Shown piece by piece: positions 33,001 to 46,230 of a DNA stretch of 64,000 nucleotides. The notes beneath the pieces were generated by a model that saw only the letters and a list, made by a program, of their open reading frames with translations, had not been told where the DNA came from and made no database searches. The stretch comes from Macrostomum lignano (lineage: Eukaryota), in the NCBI GenBank assembly GCA_002269645.1, contig NIVC01000033.1, positions 175,335 to 239,334 on the forward strand, read 5' to 3'. The position numbers and the translations under genes are program-made. The stretch's first letter is position 1. Every line of letters starts with the position of its first letter.

Positions 33001-33470
33001 CAACCAACCAACCAACCAACCAACCAACCAACCAACCAACCAACCAACCAACCAACCAACCAACCAACCAACCAACCAACCAACCAACCAACCAACCAAC
33101 CAACCAACCAACCAACCAACCAACCAACCAACCAACCAACCAACCAACCAACCAACCAACTAACCAACCAACCAACCAACCAACCAATTAGCTAACTAAA
33201 CAATAAAACAAGCAAAAAAACTAAAAAGGCAGCCAAGCATCACCTGCACAACGCGGCACCAAAGCAGGACTCATTAGCCGAGGTAGTGCTCATCAGGGAC
33301 TCCGCGCAGGACACCCGGTAGTCGGGCAGTCGCAGGTTGTTATCGAAGTCGCCGCAGCCGGAGTCGCAGTCGTCATCTTCCGCTTCGTCGTCTCGCTGGA
33401 AGGAGATTTTTCGTCTGCCTCGGCGTTCCACGATGCCGCAGTCGAGGTTGTCAAAGTTTGGCGACTCCAT
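30061..33470 (-). CDS. SSUH2: SSUH2 homolog (DnaJ-like CxxCxGxG zinc-finger repeats, C-terminal CaaX), 391 aa
   Basis: Exons 33244-33470, 31662-31791, 30790-31253, 30061-30415; phase-consistent, 1176 nt. Repeats [32 protein letters not shown]; SLWDI and [19 protein letters not shown] motifs; ends CAVL*. Confidence 0.88.
30480..30752. repeat. 47-bp tandem repeat, SSUH2 last intron
   Basis: AAGCTACATCTTCCGAAGCCCTAATCTAGAACAGTCTTAAACACACC, about 5-6 copies. Confidence 0.9.
32800..33186. repeat. (CCAA)n microsatellite
   Basis: Directly visible. Confidence 0.97.
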
Positions 33471-34026
33471 GGCAGCTGGCGTCTTCTGTTCTCCACTGGC
33501 TCAAAATCCTCTGGCCTCCCTCGCTGCGAATTCATTCAGATTCCCTTTTTATTGGGGAAATCGCTCCGTGCAATGGGCGGTGCGTGAGTGGGAGGGTGCG
33601 GGCCGACCAGGGAGAATGGCGGAGGAACTTGGGGTGGGCGTACGGTCGGTTGCTGGGCGGGTCCCGGGGCGGTTTCTGGCAATTTGCGTACCTACCCTCT
33701 CCCGGGGAAGGCGGCTCTGCACTCCCCAAGCCTAACACCGCGCACTGAAGGAGGAAGGGAGCCAATTGACAGGGGAAACCCGCCAATCCGAGGGCAACGC
33801 TATCTCTGACTGACGGGGCAAGTGCACTACATTGTATAATAGTTAGAACGCTTGTGGCCTCAGCTTTTTAAACACTTAGTCCTCTACTATAGGGGAATGT
33901 AAAAATTAACTTATGAAAATGAAATAAATTAAAATTCCCTTAGTTTAGTTTTAAAATCGTTTTTCAACTTTTCAGCGTTATTTTAAACTACCGCAAATAC
34001 AGACTGGAAACAAAAACTCACAAACA

Positions 34027-36120
34027 AATCTAGACCTCCACATCCCCAATCTAGATCTCCACATCCCCAATCTAGACCTCCACATCCCCAATCTAGATCT
34101 CCACATCCCCAATCTAGATCTCCACATCCCCAATCTAGATCTCCACATCCCCAATCTAGACCTCCACATCCCCAATCTAGATCTCCACATCCCCAATCTA
34201 GATCTCCACATCCCCAATCTAGATCTCCACATCCCCAATCTAGATCTCCACATCCCCAATCTAGATCTCCACATCCCCTATCTAGATCTCCACATCCCAA
34301 ATCTAGATCTCCATATACCTTATCTAGATCTCCACATCCCCAATCTAGATCTCCACATTCCCAATCTAGATCTCCACATCCCCAATCTAGATCTCCATAT
34401 ACCTTATCTAGATCTCCACATCCCCAATCTAGATCTCCACATCCCCTATCTAGATCTCCACATCCCCAATCTAGATCTCCATATACCTTATCTAGATCTC
34501 CACATCCCCAATCTAGATCTCCACATTCCCAATCTAGATCTCCACATCCCCAATCTAGATCTCCATATACCTTATCTAGATCTCCACATCCCCAATCTAG
34601 ATCTCCACATTCCCAATCTAGATCTCCACATCCCCAATCTAGATCTCCATATACCTTATCTAGATCTCCACATCCCCAATCTAGATCTCCACATCCCCAA
34701 TCTAGATCTCCACATCCCCAATCTAGACCTCCATATACCTTATCTAGATCTCACATCCCCAATCTAGATCTCCACATCCCCAATCTAGATCTCCACCTCC
34801 CCAATCTAGATCTCCACATCCCCTATCTAGATCTCCATATGCCCTGCTAGTGGGCACCACCCGGAACTGCATTCTGCAGGGCGCCCTCGATAGATCTCCA
34901 CATCCCCGATCTAGATCTCCATATACCTTATCTAGATCTCCACATCCCCAATCTAGATCTCCACATCCTTAATCTAGATCTCCACATCCCCAATCTAGAT
35001 CTCCACATCCTTAATCTAGATCTCCACATCCCCAATCTAGATCTCCACATCCTTAATCTAGATCTCCACATCCCCAATCTAGATCTCCATATACCTTATC
35101 TAGATCTCCACATCCCAATCTAGATCTCCACATCCTTAATCTAGATCTCCACATCCCCAATCTAGATCTCCACATCCTTAATCTAGATCTCCACATCCCC
35201 AATCTAGATCTCCACATCCTTAATCTAGATCTCCACATCCCCAATCTAGATCTCCACATCCTTAATCTAGATCTCCACATCCCCAATCTAGATCTCCACA
35301 TCCTTAATCTAGATCTCCACATCCCCAATCTAGATCTCCACATCCCCAATCTAGATCTCCACATCCCCAATCTAGATCTCCATATACCTATCTAGATCTC
35401 CACATCCCAATCTAGATCTCCACATCCCAATCTAGATCTTCACATTCCCATCGATTATAGATCTCTGGGTCCAAAGATCTCCACATCCTCAATCTAAAAT
35501 GCGAGCTCGTAGATTTCCATATCCCTAATCGGCATCGACAGGAAGATCTCGACATGCCGAATCGACATGCAGATCTCGATATCCCCAATCGACATGCAGA
35601 TCTCGACATCCCCAATCGACATGCAGATCTCGACATGCCCAATCGATATGTAAGTCTCCAAATTCCCAATCGACATGTAGATCTCGACATCCCCAATCGA
35701 CATGCAGATCTCGACATGCCCAATCGACATGCCCAATCGACATGTAAGTCTCCAAATTCCCAATCGACATGTAAGTCTCCAAATTCCCAATCGACATGTA
35801 AGTCTCCAAATTCCCAATCGACATGTAGATCTCGACATCCCCAATCGACATGCAGATCTCGACATGCCCAATCGACATGCAGATCTCGGCCTCCCCAATC
35901 GACATGCAGATCTTCAAATTCCCAATCGACATGCCGATTTCCAAATTCCCAATCGATATGCAGATCTCCAAATTCCCAATCAACATGTAGATCTCGACCT
36001 CCCCAATCGACATGCAGATCTCCAAATTCCCAATCGACATGTAGATCTCGACCTCCCCAATCGACATGCCGATCTCGACATCCCCAATCGACATGCAGAT
36101 CTCCAAATTCCCAATCGACC
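34027..36120. repeat. 21-bp AATCTAGATCTCCACATCCCC array (to ~35445), followed by a related ~27-bp AATCGACATGCAGATCTCGACATCCCC array
   Basis: Directly visible. Confidence 0.93.
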
Positions 36121-36684
36121 AGTAGATCAGCATGCCCATAATTCAGAAGCAAGCATACAACCCACTGCACGCACACGACACGAACTGGTCCACCGTTCCA
36201 TTAGTTCCAAGCTAGGCTAAATTTAACCGCAGAATCTATTTTTTGTCCCACAGTCCTTTCAAGTCCGCTTAATTCCTCCTGATATGCAGACTGTAAACAG
36301 GCTAAACTGTGAAGCGCTGTCGCAAACAGCTGTGCATGTCCGGGATCGGGGATCAGATCTCCGCGGCGTCGGGTTGGGAAATATTGCCCTCTTACCCTGT
36401 TAATGATCCCTGACGCCATTGTGACCAAACCAAATTTTTTTCGACTTCATAACAGCGGCGATCCAGGACGCAGTTCTGCGCTGGGCAGCGGCAATACGAC
36501 TATTTTAAAAGGCTGACTTATTTATCGTAAACACGCCACCGGCATAAACGGGCTTTCAGGAAAGCCAGCTCGCGTGCGTAAGCCGGCTGGAGGCTCCCTC
36601 CGTGTTTTTCTGGATATTTCCCGAAACGGCATTATGACGAAATAAATATCACGCGACTCTCTATACGTAACTAGCAAGGTGGGC

Positions 36685-36692
36685 TTTTTATA
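36685..36692 (-). promoter_or_regulatory. TATA box-like element (TATAAAAA)
   Basis: GCTATAAAAAGCCC on the minus strand in unique CpG-rich DNA, about 270 nt upstream of an ATG (36419) and a GTAAGA donor (36395). Confidence 0.4.
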
Positions 36693-36759
36693 GCTCGCAC
36701 TCTGCGTCTGTTCAATAATATTTGCGATTTAGATATTCACTGCTGCTTGCCGACTGTTT

Positions 36760-37615
36760 TCTCTCCCACCTCTCCCTCTAACTCCTCCCTTTCAACTCTC
36801 CTTCCCACCTCTCCTTCCCACCTCTCCTTCCCACCTCTCCTTCCCACCTCTCCTTCTCACCTCACTCTCCCACCTCTCCTTCTCACCTCACCCTCCCACC
36901 TCTCCTTCTCACCTCTCCCTCTCTTCTCTCCTTCTTAATCATCCTCTCACCTCTGCCTCCCAATTCTCCCTCTCACCTCTCCCTCCCACCTCTCCTTCTC
37001 ACCTCTCCCTCTCACCTCTTCTTCTCACCTCTCCCTCTAAATCACCCTCTCACCCCCTCTCTCCTCTTCCTCTTACTCACACACTCTCTCTCTCTCTACT
37101 TCTCAATTCTCCCTCTCACCTCTCTCTCTCAATTCTCCCTTTCACCTCCCTCTCTTAATCACCCTCTCACCTCCTCTCACCCCCTCTCACCTCTTCCTCT
37201 CACCTCTCCTTCTCACCTCTCCCTCTCACCTCTTCCTCTCACCTCTCCTTCTCACCTCTCCCTCTCACCTCTTCCTCCCACCTCTTTTTCTCACCTCTCC
37301 CTCCCACCTCTTCTTCTCACCTCTCCCTCCTACCTCTCCTTCTCACCTCTCCCTCTCTTCTCTCCTTCTTAATCATCCTCTCACCTCTGCCTCCCAATTC
37401 TCCCTCTCACCTCTCCCTCCCACCTCTCCTTCTCACCTCTCCCTCTCACCTCTCCTTCTCACCTCTCCCTCCCTCCTCTCCTTCTCACCTCTCCCTCCCA
37501 CCTCTCCTTCTCACCTCTCCCTCTCACCTCTCCCTCTCCCTCTCACCTCTCCCTCTTAATCACCCTCTCACCCTTCCCACCCCCTCTCACCCCCTCTCAC
37601 CTCTTCCTCTTACTC

Positions 37616-37664
<49 letters not shown>

Positions 37665-38071
37665 CTCAATTCTCCCTCTCACCTCTCTCTCTCAATTCTC
37701 CCTTTCACCTCCCTCTCTTAATCACCCTCTCACCTCCTCTCACCCCCTCTCACCTCTCCCTCCCACCTCTTCTTCTCACCTCTCCCTCTTAATCACCCTC
37801 TCACCCCCTCTCACCTCTTCCTCTTACTCACCCTCTCTCTCTACTTCTCGATTCTCCCTCTCACCTCCTCTCACACCCTCTCACCTCTTCTCACCCCCTC
37901 TCACCTCTCCCTCTCACCTTTCCTTCTCACCTTTCCTTCTCACCTCTCCCTCTCACCTTTCCTTCTAACCTCTTCCTCTCACCTCTCCCTCTCACCTTTC
38001 CCTCTCAGTCTTCATACTCATATGTTAGCTCACAATGTCAATGTTACAACGCCGCAAGTCAGCCGCTCAAT

Positions 38072-38163
<92 letters not shown>
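36760..38163. repeat. CT-rich low-complexity tract (to ~38010) and (CA)n (38072-38163)
   Basis: Directly visible. Confidence 0.93.
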
Positions 38164-38165
<2 letters not shown>

Positions 38166-38350
38166 GCTCTCGAAATGTTGAGTCAGACAGACACACAAAG
38201 CACGCAAACTTGTCATTTTTGAGCTAAGCTCAAGTGACAGGGACATTGCTAGGCTATAAGATAAGAGTCTAGTCTCAATCTGCGGACTAACTTTTATCCA
38301 AATATCTTTGCCTAAACTTGTAGCCTTAACCCAGCGACAGCGACTCTGTT

Positions 38351-38365
38351 GTTGTCATTGGCAAC
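38351..38365. promoter_or_regulatory. RFX X-box-like motif GTTGTC-ATT-GGCAAC
   Basis: Fits the GTYNYC-N(0-3)-RGYAAC pattern; 277 nt upstream of the ATG at 38642. Confidence 0.45.
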
Positions 38366-38641
38366 CAAGTAAATCTGCGCAATTTTCCGCCAAACAGACA
38401 AATAGTGAGGCGCTCGAAAGAGCCACTCAATATATAGAACAGAGTGCTATATTCATATAGCATAAATCGCCATGGTTACGGGTTGTTAGAGACAACAAAA
38501 TTTGTGCGACTAAAATCTGAGCGTGCTTATATAAATACGAATCTTGTCGATAGTTAATGAGGTTTACAGGCTCAGACGGCTGTGCTCAGCGGATCTCAGA
38601 CTCATCTCATCAGTTAACAACCGCCCTCACCTGCAGACAGC

Positions 38642-41600
38642 ATGGGTTGCGAAGGCAGCAAATCCGCCGCGGTTGGAAGTCAAGGTGAGGCCGGATTAAC
38701 TGCCTGCATTGGATTCTGGGAAATGCTCAGACTCGATTCTACACAGGTTCCTCTATGCTTCCCCCTTTGGTTCTTTATCTGTCCCCAATCCCTCTAATGC
38801 CTCTATCCCTCTATCCACCAATCCCCAATCCCCAATCCCTCTATTCCAATCCCTCTGCCCCCAATCCCACCATCCACCAATCCCTATATCTCAAATCCCC
38901 CTATCACGAATCCCTCTATCCCAAATCCCTCTATCCCAAATCCCCCTATCCCCAATCCCTCTATCCACCAATCCCCAATCCCCAATCCCTCTATTCCAAT
39001 CCCTCTATCCCCAATCCCCCTATCCCCAATCCCTCTATCCACCAATCCCCAATCCCCAATCCCTCTATTCCAATCCCTCTATCCCCAATCCCCCTATCCC
39101 CAATCCCTCTATTCCAATCCCTCTATCCCCAATCCCCCTATCCCCAATCCCTCTATCCACCAATCCCCAATCCCCAATCCCCCTATCCCCAATCCCTCTA
39201 TCCCCAATCCCACTATCCACCAATCCCTCTATCCCAAATCCCTCTAATGCCTCTATCCCTCTATCCTGTCCGTGCTACCGCATCCCTCTCCTCTCTCGTG
39301 TCTTCTAGATCTCTCTTCATACTTTTTTAGCCTGCCTCCTGTTGCTATGCAACGCATTCTTTGTCAACCGCCCGCCGCTTCCAGCGCCCGCCCCAGCAGC
39401 CGGCAAGCGACAGGCAGCCGCGGCTGCCACTGAAAGCGGACGGACGGCCGGAGCGACGGCAGCGGCTGAGTCTTCGCGGCAACCGGATGATGCGGCCCCG
39501 GAGACTGAGGAGGTCGCACCTGTTGAGAAACAGGACGACCCTAATGGTAAAGCACATTGGGATTTGGCTGGATTGCTAATCTAGCCAATCACAGATATGA
39601 TACAATAGAATGGATTGCTAGTCTAGCCAATCACAGAGATGATAAAATAGAATGGATTGCTAGTCTAGCCAATCACAGAGATAATACAATAGAATGGATT
39701 GCTAGTCTATCCAATCACAGAGATAATACAATAGAATGGATTGCTAGTCTAGCCAATCACAGAGATAATACAATAGAATGGATTGCTAGTCAAGCCAATC
39801 ACAGAGATAATACAATAGAATGGATTGCTAGTCTAGCCAATCATAGAGATTATACAATAGAATGGATTGCTAGTCTATCCAATCACAGAGATTATACAAT
39901 AGAATGGATTGCTAGTCTATCCAATCACAGAGATGATACAATAGAATGGATTGCTAGTCTATCCAATCACAGAGATAATACAATAGAATGGATTGCTAGT
40001 CTAGCCAATCACAGAGATAATACAATAGAATGGATTGCTAGTCTAGCCAATCACAGAGATGATACAATAGAATAGATTGCTAGTCTAGCCAATCATAGAG
40101 ATTATACAATAGAATGGATTGCTGGTCTAGCCAATCATAGAGATTATACAATAGAATGGATTGCTAGTCTAGCCAATCACAGAGATGATACAATAGAATG
40201 GATTGCTAGTCTATCCAATCACAGAGATAATAAAATAGAATGGATTGCTAGTCTAGCCAATCACAGAGATAATACAATAGAATGGATTGCTAGTCTAGCC
40301 AATCATAGAGATTATACAATAGAATGGATTGCTAGTCTAGCCAATCACAGAGATGATACAAAAGAATGGATTGCTAGTCTAGCCAATCACAGAGATAATA
40401 CAATAGAATGGATTGCTAGTCTATCCAATCACAGAGATAATACAATAGAATGGATTGCTAGTCTAGCCAATCACAGAGATAATACAATAGAATGGATTGC
40501 TAGTCTAGCCAATCACAGAGATGATACAATAGAATAGATTGCTAGTCTAGCCAATCATAGAGATTATACAATAGAATGGATTGCTAGTCTAGCCAATCAT
40601 AGAAATTATACAATAGAATGGATTGCTAGTCTAGCCAATCACAGAGATGATACAATAGAATGGATTGCTAGTCTATCCAATCACAGAGATAATAAAATAG
40701 AATGGATTGCTAGTCTAGCCAATCACAGAGATAATACAATAGAATGGATTGCTAGTCTAGCCAATCATAGAGATTATACAATAGAATGGATTGCTAGTCT
40801 AGCCAATCACAGAGATGATACAAAAGAATGGATTGCTAGTCTATCCAATCACAGAGATTATACAATAGAATGGATTGCTAATCTAGCCAATCACAGAGAT
40901 TATATAATAGAATGGATTGCTAGTCTATCCAATCACAGAGATGATACAAAAGAATGGATCGCTAGTCTATCCAATCACAGAGATGATACAATAGAATGGA
41001 TTGCTAGTCTAGCCAATCACAGAGATGATACAATAGAATGGATTGCTAGTCTAGCCAATCACAGAGATTATACAATAGAATGGATTGCTAGTCTAGCCAA
41101 TCACAGAGATGATAATATTGAATGGATTGCTAGTCTATCCAATCACAGAGATAATAAAATAGAATGGATTGCTAGTCTAGCCAATCACAGAGATAATACA
41201 ATAGAATGGATTGCTAGTCTAGCCAATCATAGAGATTATACAATAGAATGGATTGCTAATCTAGCCAATCACAGAGATTATATAATAGAATGGATTGCTA
41301 GTCTATCCAATCACAGAGATGATACAAAAGAATGGATCGCTAGTCTATCCAATCACAGAGATGATACAATAGAATGGATTGCTAGTCTAGCCAATCACAG
41401 AGATGATACAATAGAATGGATTGCTAGTCTAGCCAATCACAGAGATTATACAATAGAATGGATTGCTAGTCTAGCCAATCACAGAGATGATAATATTGAA
41501 TGGATTGCTAGTCTATCCAATCACAGAGATAATAAAATAGAATGGATTGCTAGTCTAGCCAATCACAGAGATAATACAATAGAATGGATTGCTAGTCTAG

Positions 41601-43987
41601 CCAATCATAGAGATAATACAATAGAATGGATTGCTAGTCTAGCCAATCACAGAGATGATACAATAGAATAGATTGCTAGTCTAGCCAATCATAGAGATTA
41701 TACAATAGAATGGATTGCTAGTCTAGCCAATCATAGAGATGATACAATAGAATGGATTGCTAGTCTATCCAATCACAGAGATAATAAAATAGAATGGATT
41801 GCTAGTCTAGCCAATCACAGAGATGATACAATAGAATAGATTGCTAGTCTAGCCAATCATAGAGATTATACAATAGAATGGATTGCTAGTCTAGCCAATC
41901 ACAGAGATGATACAATAGAATGGATTGCTAGTCTATCCAATCACAGAGATAATAAAATAGAATGGATTGCTAGTCTAGCCAATCACAGAGATAATACAAT
42001 AGAATGGATTGCTAGTCTAGCCAATCACAGAGATGATACAATAGAATGGATTGCTAGTCTATCCAATCACAGAGATAATACAATAGAATGGATTGCTAGT
42101 CTAGCCAATCACAGAGATAATACAATAGAATGGATTGCTAGTCTAGCCAATCACAGAGATGATACAATAGAATAGATTGCTAGTCTAGCCAATCATAGAG
42201 ATTATACAATAGAATGGATTGCTAGTCTAGCCAATCATAGAGATGATACAATAGAATGGATTGCTAGTCTATCCAATCACAGAGATAATAAAATAGAATG
42301 GATTGCTAGTCTAGCCAATCACAGAGATAATACAATAGAATGGATTGCTAGTCTAGCCAATCATAGAGATTATACAATAGAATGGATTGCTAGTCTAGCC
42401 AATCACAGAGATGATACAATAGAATGGATTGCTAGTCTATCCAATCACAGAGATAATAAAATAGAATGGATTGCTAGTCTAGCCAATCACAGAGATAATA
42501 CAATAGAATGGATTGCTAGTCTAGCCAATCATAGAGATTATACAATAGAATGGATTGCTAGTCTAGCCAATCACAGAGATAATACAATAGAATGGATTGC
42601 TAGTCTAGCCAATCACAGAGATAATACAATAGAATGGATTGCTAGTCTAGCCAATCACAGAGATGATACAATAGAATAGATTGCTAGTCTAGCCAATCAT
42701 AGAGATTATACAATAGAATGGATTGCTAGTCTAGCCAATCATAGAGATGATACAATAGAATGGATTGCTAGTCTATCCAATCACAGAGATAATAAAATAG
42801 AATGGATTGCTAGTCTAGCCAATCACAGAGATGATACAATAGAATAGATTGCTAGTCTAGCCAATCATAGAGATTATACAATAGAATGGATTGCTAGTCT
42901 AGCCAATCACAGAGATGATACAATAGAATGGATTGCTAGTCTATCCAATCACAGAGATAATAAAATAGAATGGATTGCTAGTCTAGCCAATCACAGAGAT
43001 AATACAATAGAATGGATTGCTAGTCTAGCCAATCATAGAGATTATACAATAGAATGGATTGCTAGTCTAGCCAATCACAGAGATGATACAAAAGAATGGA
43101 TTGCTAGTCTATCCAATCACAGAGATTATACAATAGAATGGATTGCTAATCTAGCCAATCACAGAGATTATATAATAGAATGGATTGCTAGTCTATCCAA
43201 TCACAGAGATGATACAATAGAATGGATCGCTAGTCTATCCAATCACAGAGATGATACAATAGAATGGATTGCTAGTCTAGCCAATCACAGAGATGATACA
43301 ATAGAATGGATTGCTAATCTAGCCAATCACAGAGATTATACAATAGAATGGATTGCTAGTCTAGCCAATCACAGAGATGATACAATAGAATGGATTGCTA
43401 GTCTATCCAATCACAGAGATAATAAAATAGAATGGATTGCTAGTCTAGCCAATCACAGAGATAATACAATAGAATGGATTGCTAGTCTAGCCAATCATAG
43501 AGATTATACAATAGAATGGATTGCTAGTCTAGCCAATCACAGAGATGATACAATAGAATGGATTGCTAGTCTAGCTAATCACAGAGATAGTACAATAGAA
43601 TGGATCGCTAGTCTAGCCAATCACAGAGATAATACAATAGAATGGATTGCTAGTCTAGCCAATCACAGAGATAGTACAATAGAATGGATCGCTAGTCTAG
43701 CCAATCACAGAGATGATACAATAGAATGGATTGCTAGTCTAGCCAAGCAAGGACAAAGAACAGTCGAGCACACAATTCAATACTAAAATCGTCCACCTTC
43801 AGCCGCCGAAGCCGGCCAGCTGGCTGGGAGTCACGTGACTGACTCTGAAGCCGCGGCATCGAAAAGCACCGTCGAAGCCGACCCGGAGCCGGCAGAGCAG
43901 AGTAAACACTTTTTTATTTAAGTTCAAGAAGTTCTTTAGCAATTGTTTTAGTGCAGCAATCCTCAATACATTTCAGAATCTGATTGA
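38642..43987 (+). CDS. Unrecognised small Ala/Glu-rich disordered protein (~104 aa) with N-terminal MGCxxS acylation motif
   Basis: Exons 38642-38684 (MGCEGSKSAAVGSQ), 39385-39546, 43803-43901, 43977-43987 (KSD*). All three introns are phase 1 and GT-AG, total 315 nt. AATAAA at 44258-44263. The terminal exon is the least certain part. Confidence 0.65.
38780..39265. repeat. ATCCCCAATCCCTCT-type ~15-bp degenerate array, intron 1 of the MGCEGS gene
   Basis: Directly visible. Confidence 0.88.
39565..43746. repeat. 42-bp minisatellite, ~100 copies (AATAGAATGGATTGCTAGTCTAGCCAATCACAGAGATGATAC)
   Basis: Directly visible; gives the 14-aa period of ORF 39557-40075. Confidence 0.98.
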
Positions 43988-44315
43988 TGGAGGAACAGGC
44001 AATCTGACACTGACAGAAACTATATGATGGTTAAATCATTAAAGTTTGAAAATATATTCCAATATTCTGTTTTACTGTACATGTATTTAACAGCGCTCTC
44101 AATGATGCTTTCTCTATTTTTAAGCTAAATTTAAAACTGTTTGAATTAAAATTAAAATATATGATGAATACTACTGAAGACTACTTTTGAGTAGTTTGCA
44201 GCCAATTTCCCCCAAAATATTCGAAATCAAGCGGAAATATTTTTGTTTATGGAGTAGAATAAAAGTGCATAAATTTCTCACCTGAGCAGTTATGCGCGTT
44301 TCGGGGAGTGTTTTT

Positions 44316-46230
44316 AATCTCATCTCAATCTCATTTCATTCTCATCTCAATCTCATCTCAATCTCATCTCAATCTCATTTCATTCTCATCTCAATCTCAT
44401 CTCAATCTCATCTCAATCTCATCTCAATCTCATTTCATTCTCATCTCAATCTCATCTCAATCTCATTTCATTCTCATCTCAATCTCATCTCAATCTCATC
44501 TCAATCTCATTTCATTCTCATCTCAATCTCATCTCAATCTCATTTCATTCTCATCTCAATCTCATCTCAATCTCATCTCAATCTCATTTCATTCTCATCT
44601 CAATCTCATCTCAATCTCATCTCAATCTCATTTCATTATCATCTCAATCTCATCTCAATCTCATCTCAATCTCATCTCAATCTCTTCTCAATCTCATCTC
44701 AATCTCATCTCAATCTCATTTCATTCTCATCTCAATCTCATCTCAATCTCATCTCAATCTCATTTCATTCTCATCTCAATCTCATCTCAATCTCATCTCA
44801 ATCTCATTTCATTATCATCTCAATCTCATCTCAATCTCATCTCAATCTCATCTCAATCTCTTCTCAATCTCATCTCAATCTCATCTCAATCTCATTTCAT
44901 TCTCATCTCAATCTCATCTCAATCTCATCTCAATCTCATTTCATTCTCATCTCAATCTCATCTCAATCTCATCTCAATCTCATTTCATTCTCTTCTCAAT
45001 CTCATCTCAATCTCATCTCAATCTCATTTCATTCTCATCTCAATCTCATCTCAATCTCATCTCAATCTCATTTCATTCTCATCTCAATCTCATCTCAATC
45101 TCATCTCAATCTCATTTCATTCTCATCTCAATCTCATCTCAATCTCATCTCAATCTCATTTCATTCTCTTCTCAATCTCATCTCAATCTCATCTCAATCT
45201 CATTTCATTCTCATCTCAATCTCATCTCAATCTCATCTCAATCTCATTTCATTCTCATCTCAATCTCATCTCAATCTTATCTCAATCTCATTTCATTCTC
45301 ATCTCAATCTCATCTCAATCTCATCTCAATCTCATTTCATTCTCATCTCAATCTCATCTCAATCTCATCTCAATCTCATTTCATTCTCATCTCAATCTCA
45401 TCTCAATCTCATCTCAATCTCATTTCATTCTCATCTCAATCTCATCTCAATCTCATCTCAATCTCATTTCATTCTCATCTCAATCTCATCTCAATCTCAT
45501 CTCAATCTCATTTCATTCTTATCTCAATCTCATCTCAATCTCATTTCATTCTCATCTCAATCTCATCTCAATCTCATCTCAATCTCATTTCATTCTCATC
45601 TCAATCTCATCTCAATCTCATTTCATTCTCATCTCAATCTCATCTCAATCTCATCTCAATCTCATTTCATTCTCATCTCAATCTCATCTCAATCTCATCT
45701 CAATCTCATTTCATTATCATCTCAATCTCATCTCAATCTCATCTCAATCTCATCTCAATCTCTTCTCAATCTCATCTCAATCTCATCTCAATCTCATTTC
45801 ATTCTCATCTCAATCTCATCTCAATCTCATCTCAATCTCATTTCATTCTCATCTCAATCTCATCTCAATCTCATCTCAATCTCATTTCATTCTCATCTCA
45901 ATCTCATCTCAATCTCATCTCAATCTCATTTCATTCTCATCTCAATCTCATCTCAATCTCATCTCAATCTCATTTCATTCTCATCTCAATCTCATCTCAA
46001 TCTCATCTCAATCTCATTTCATTCTCATCTCAATCTCATCTCAATCTCATCTCAATCTCATTTCATTCTCATCTCAATCTCATCTCAATCTCATCTCAAT
46101 CTCATTTCATTCTCTTCTCAATCTCATCTCAGAGAATTCTCAATCTCATCTCAATCTCATTCTCACCGAATTCTCAATCTCATTCTCACCGAATTCTCAA
46201 TCTCATTCTCACAGAATTCTCAATCTCATT
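44316..46230. repeat. 10-bp ATCTCAATCT-type array with TTTCATTCTC variants (40-50-bp higher-order unit)
   Basis: Directly visible; source of the spurious 665-aa and 668-aa ORFs. Confidence 0.96.

Noticed and set aside
39565-43746. CRISPR-like appearance of the palindromic 42-bp array
   Set aside because: There are no unique spacers, only 1-3-nt variants; the context is a eukaryotic intron; no cas genes are present.
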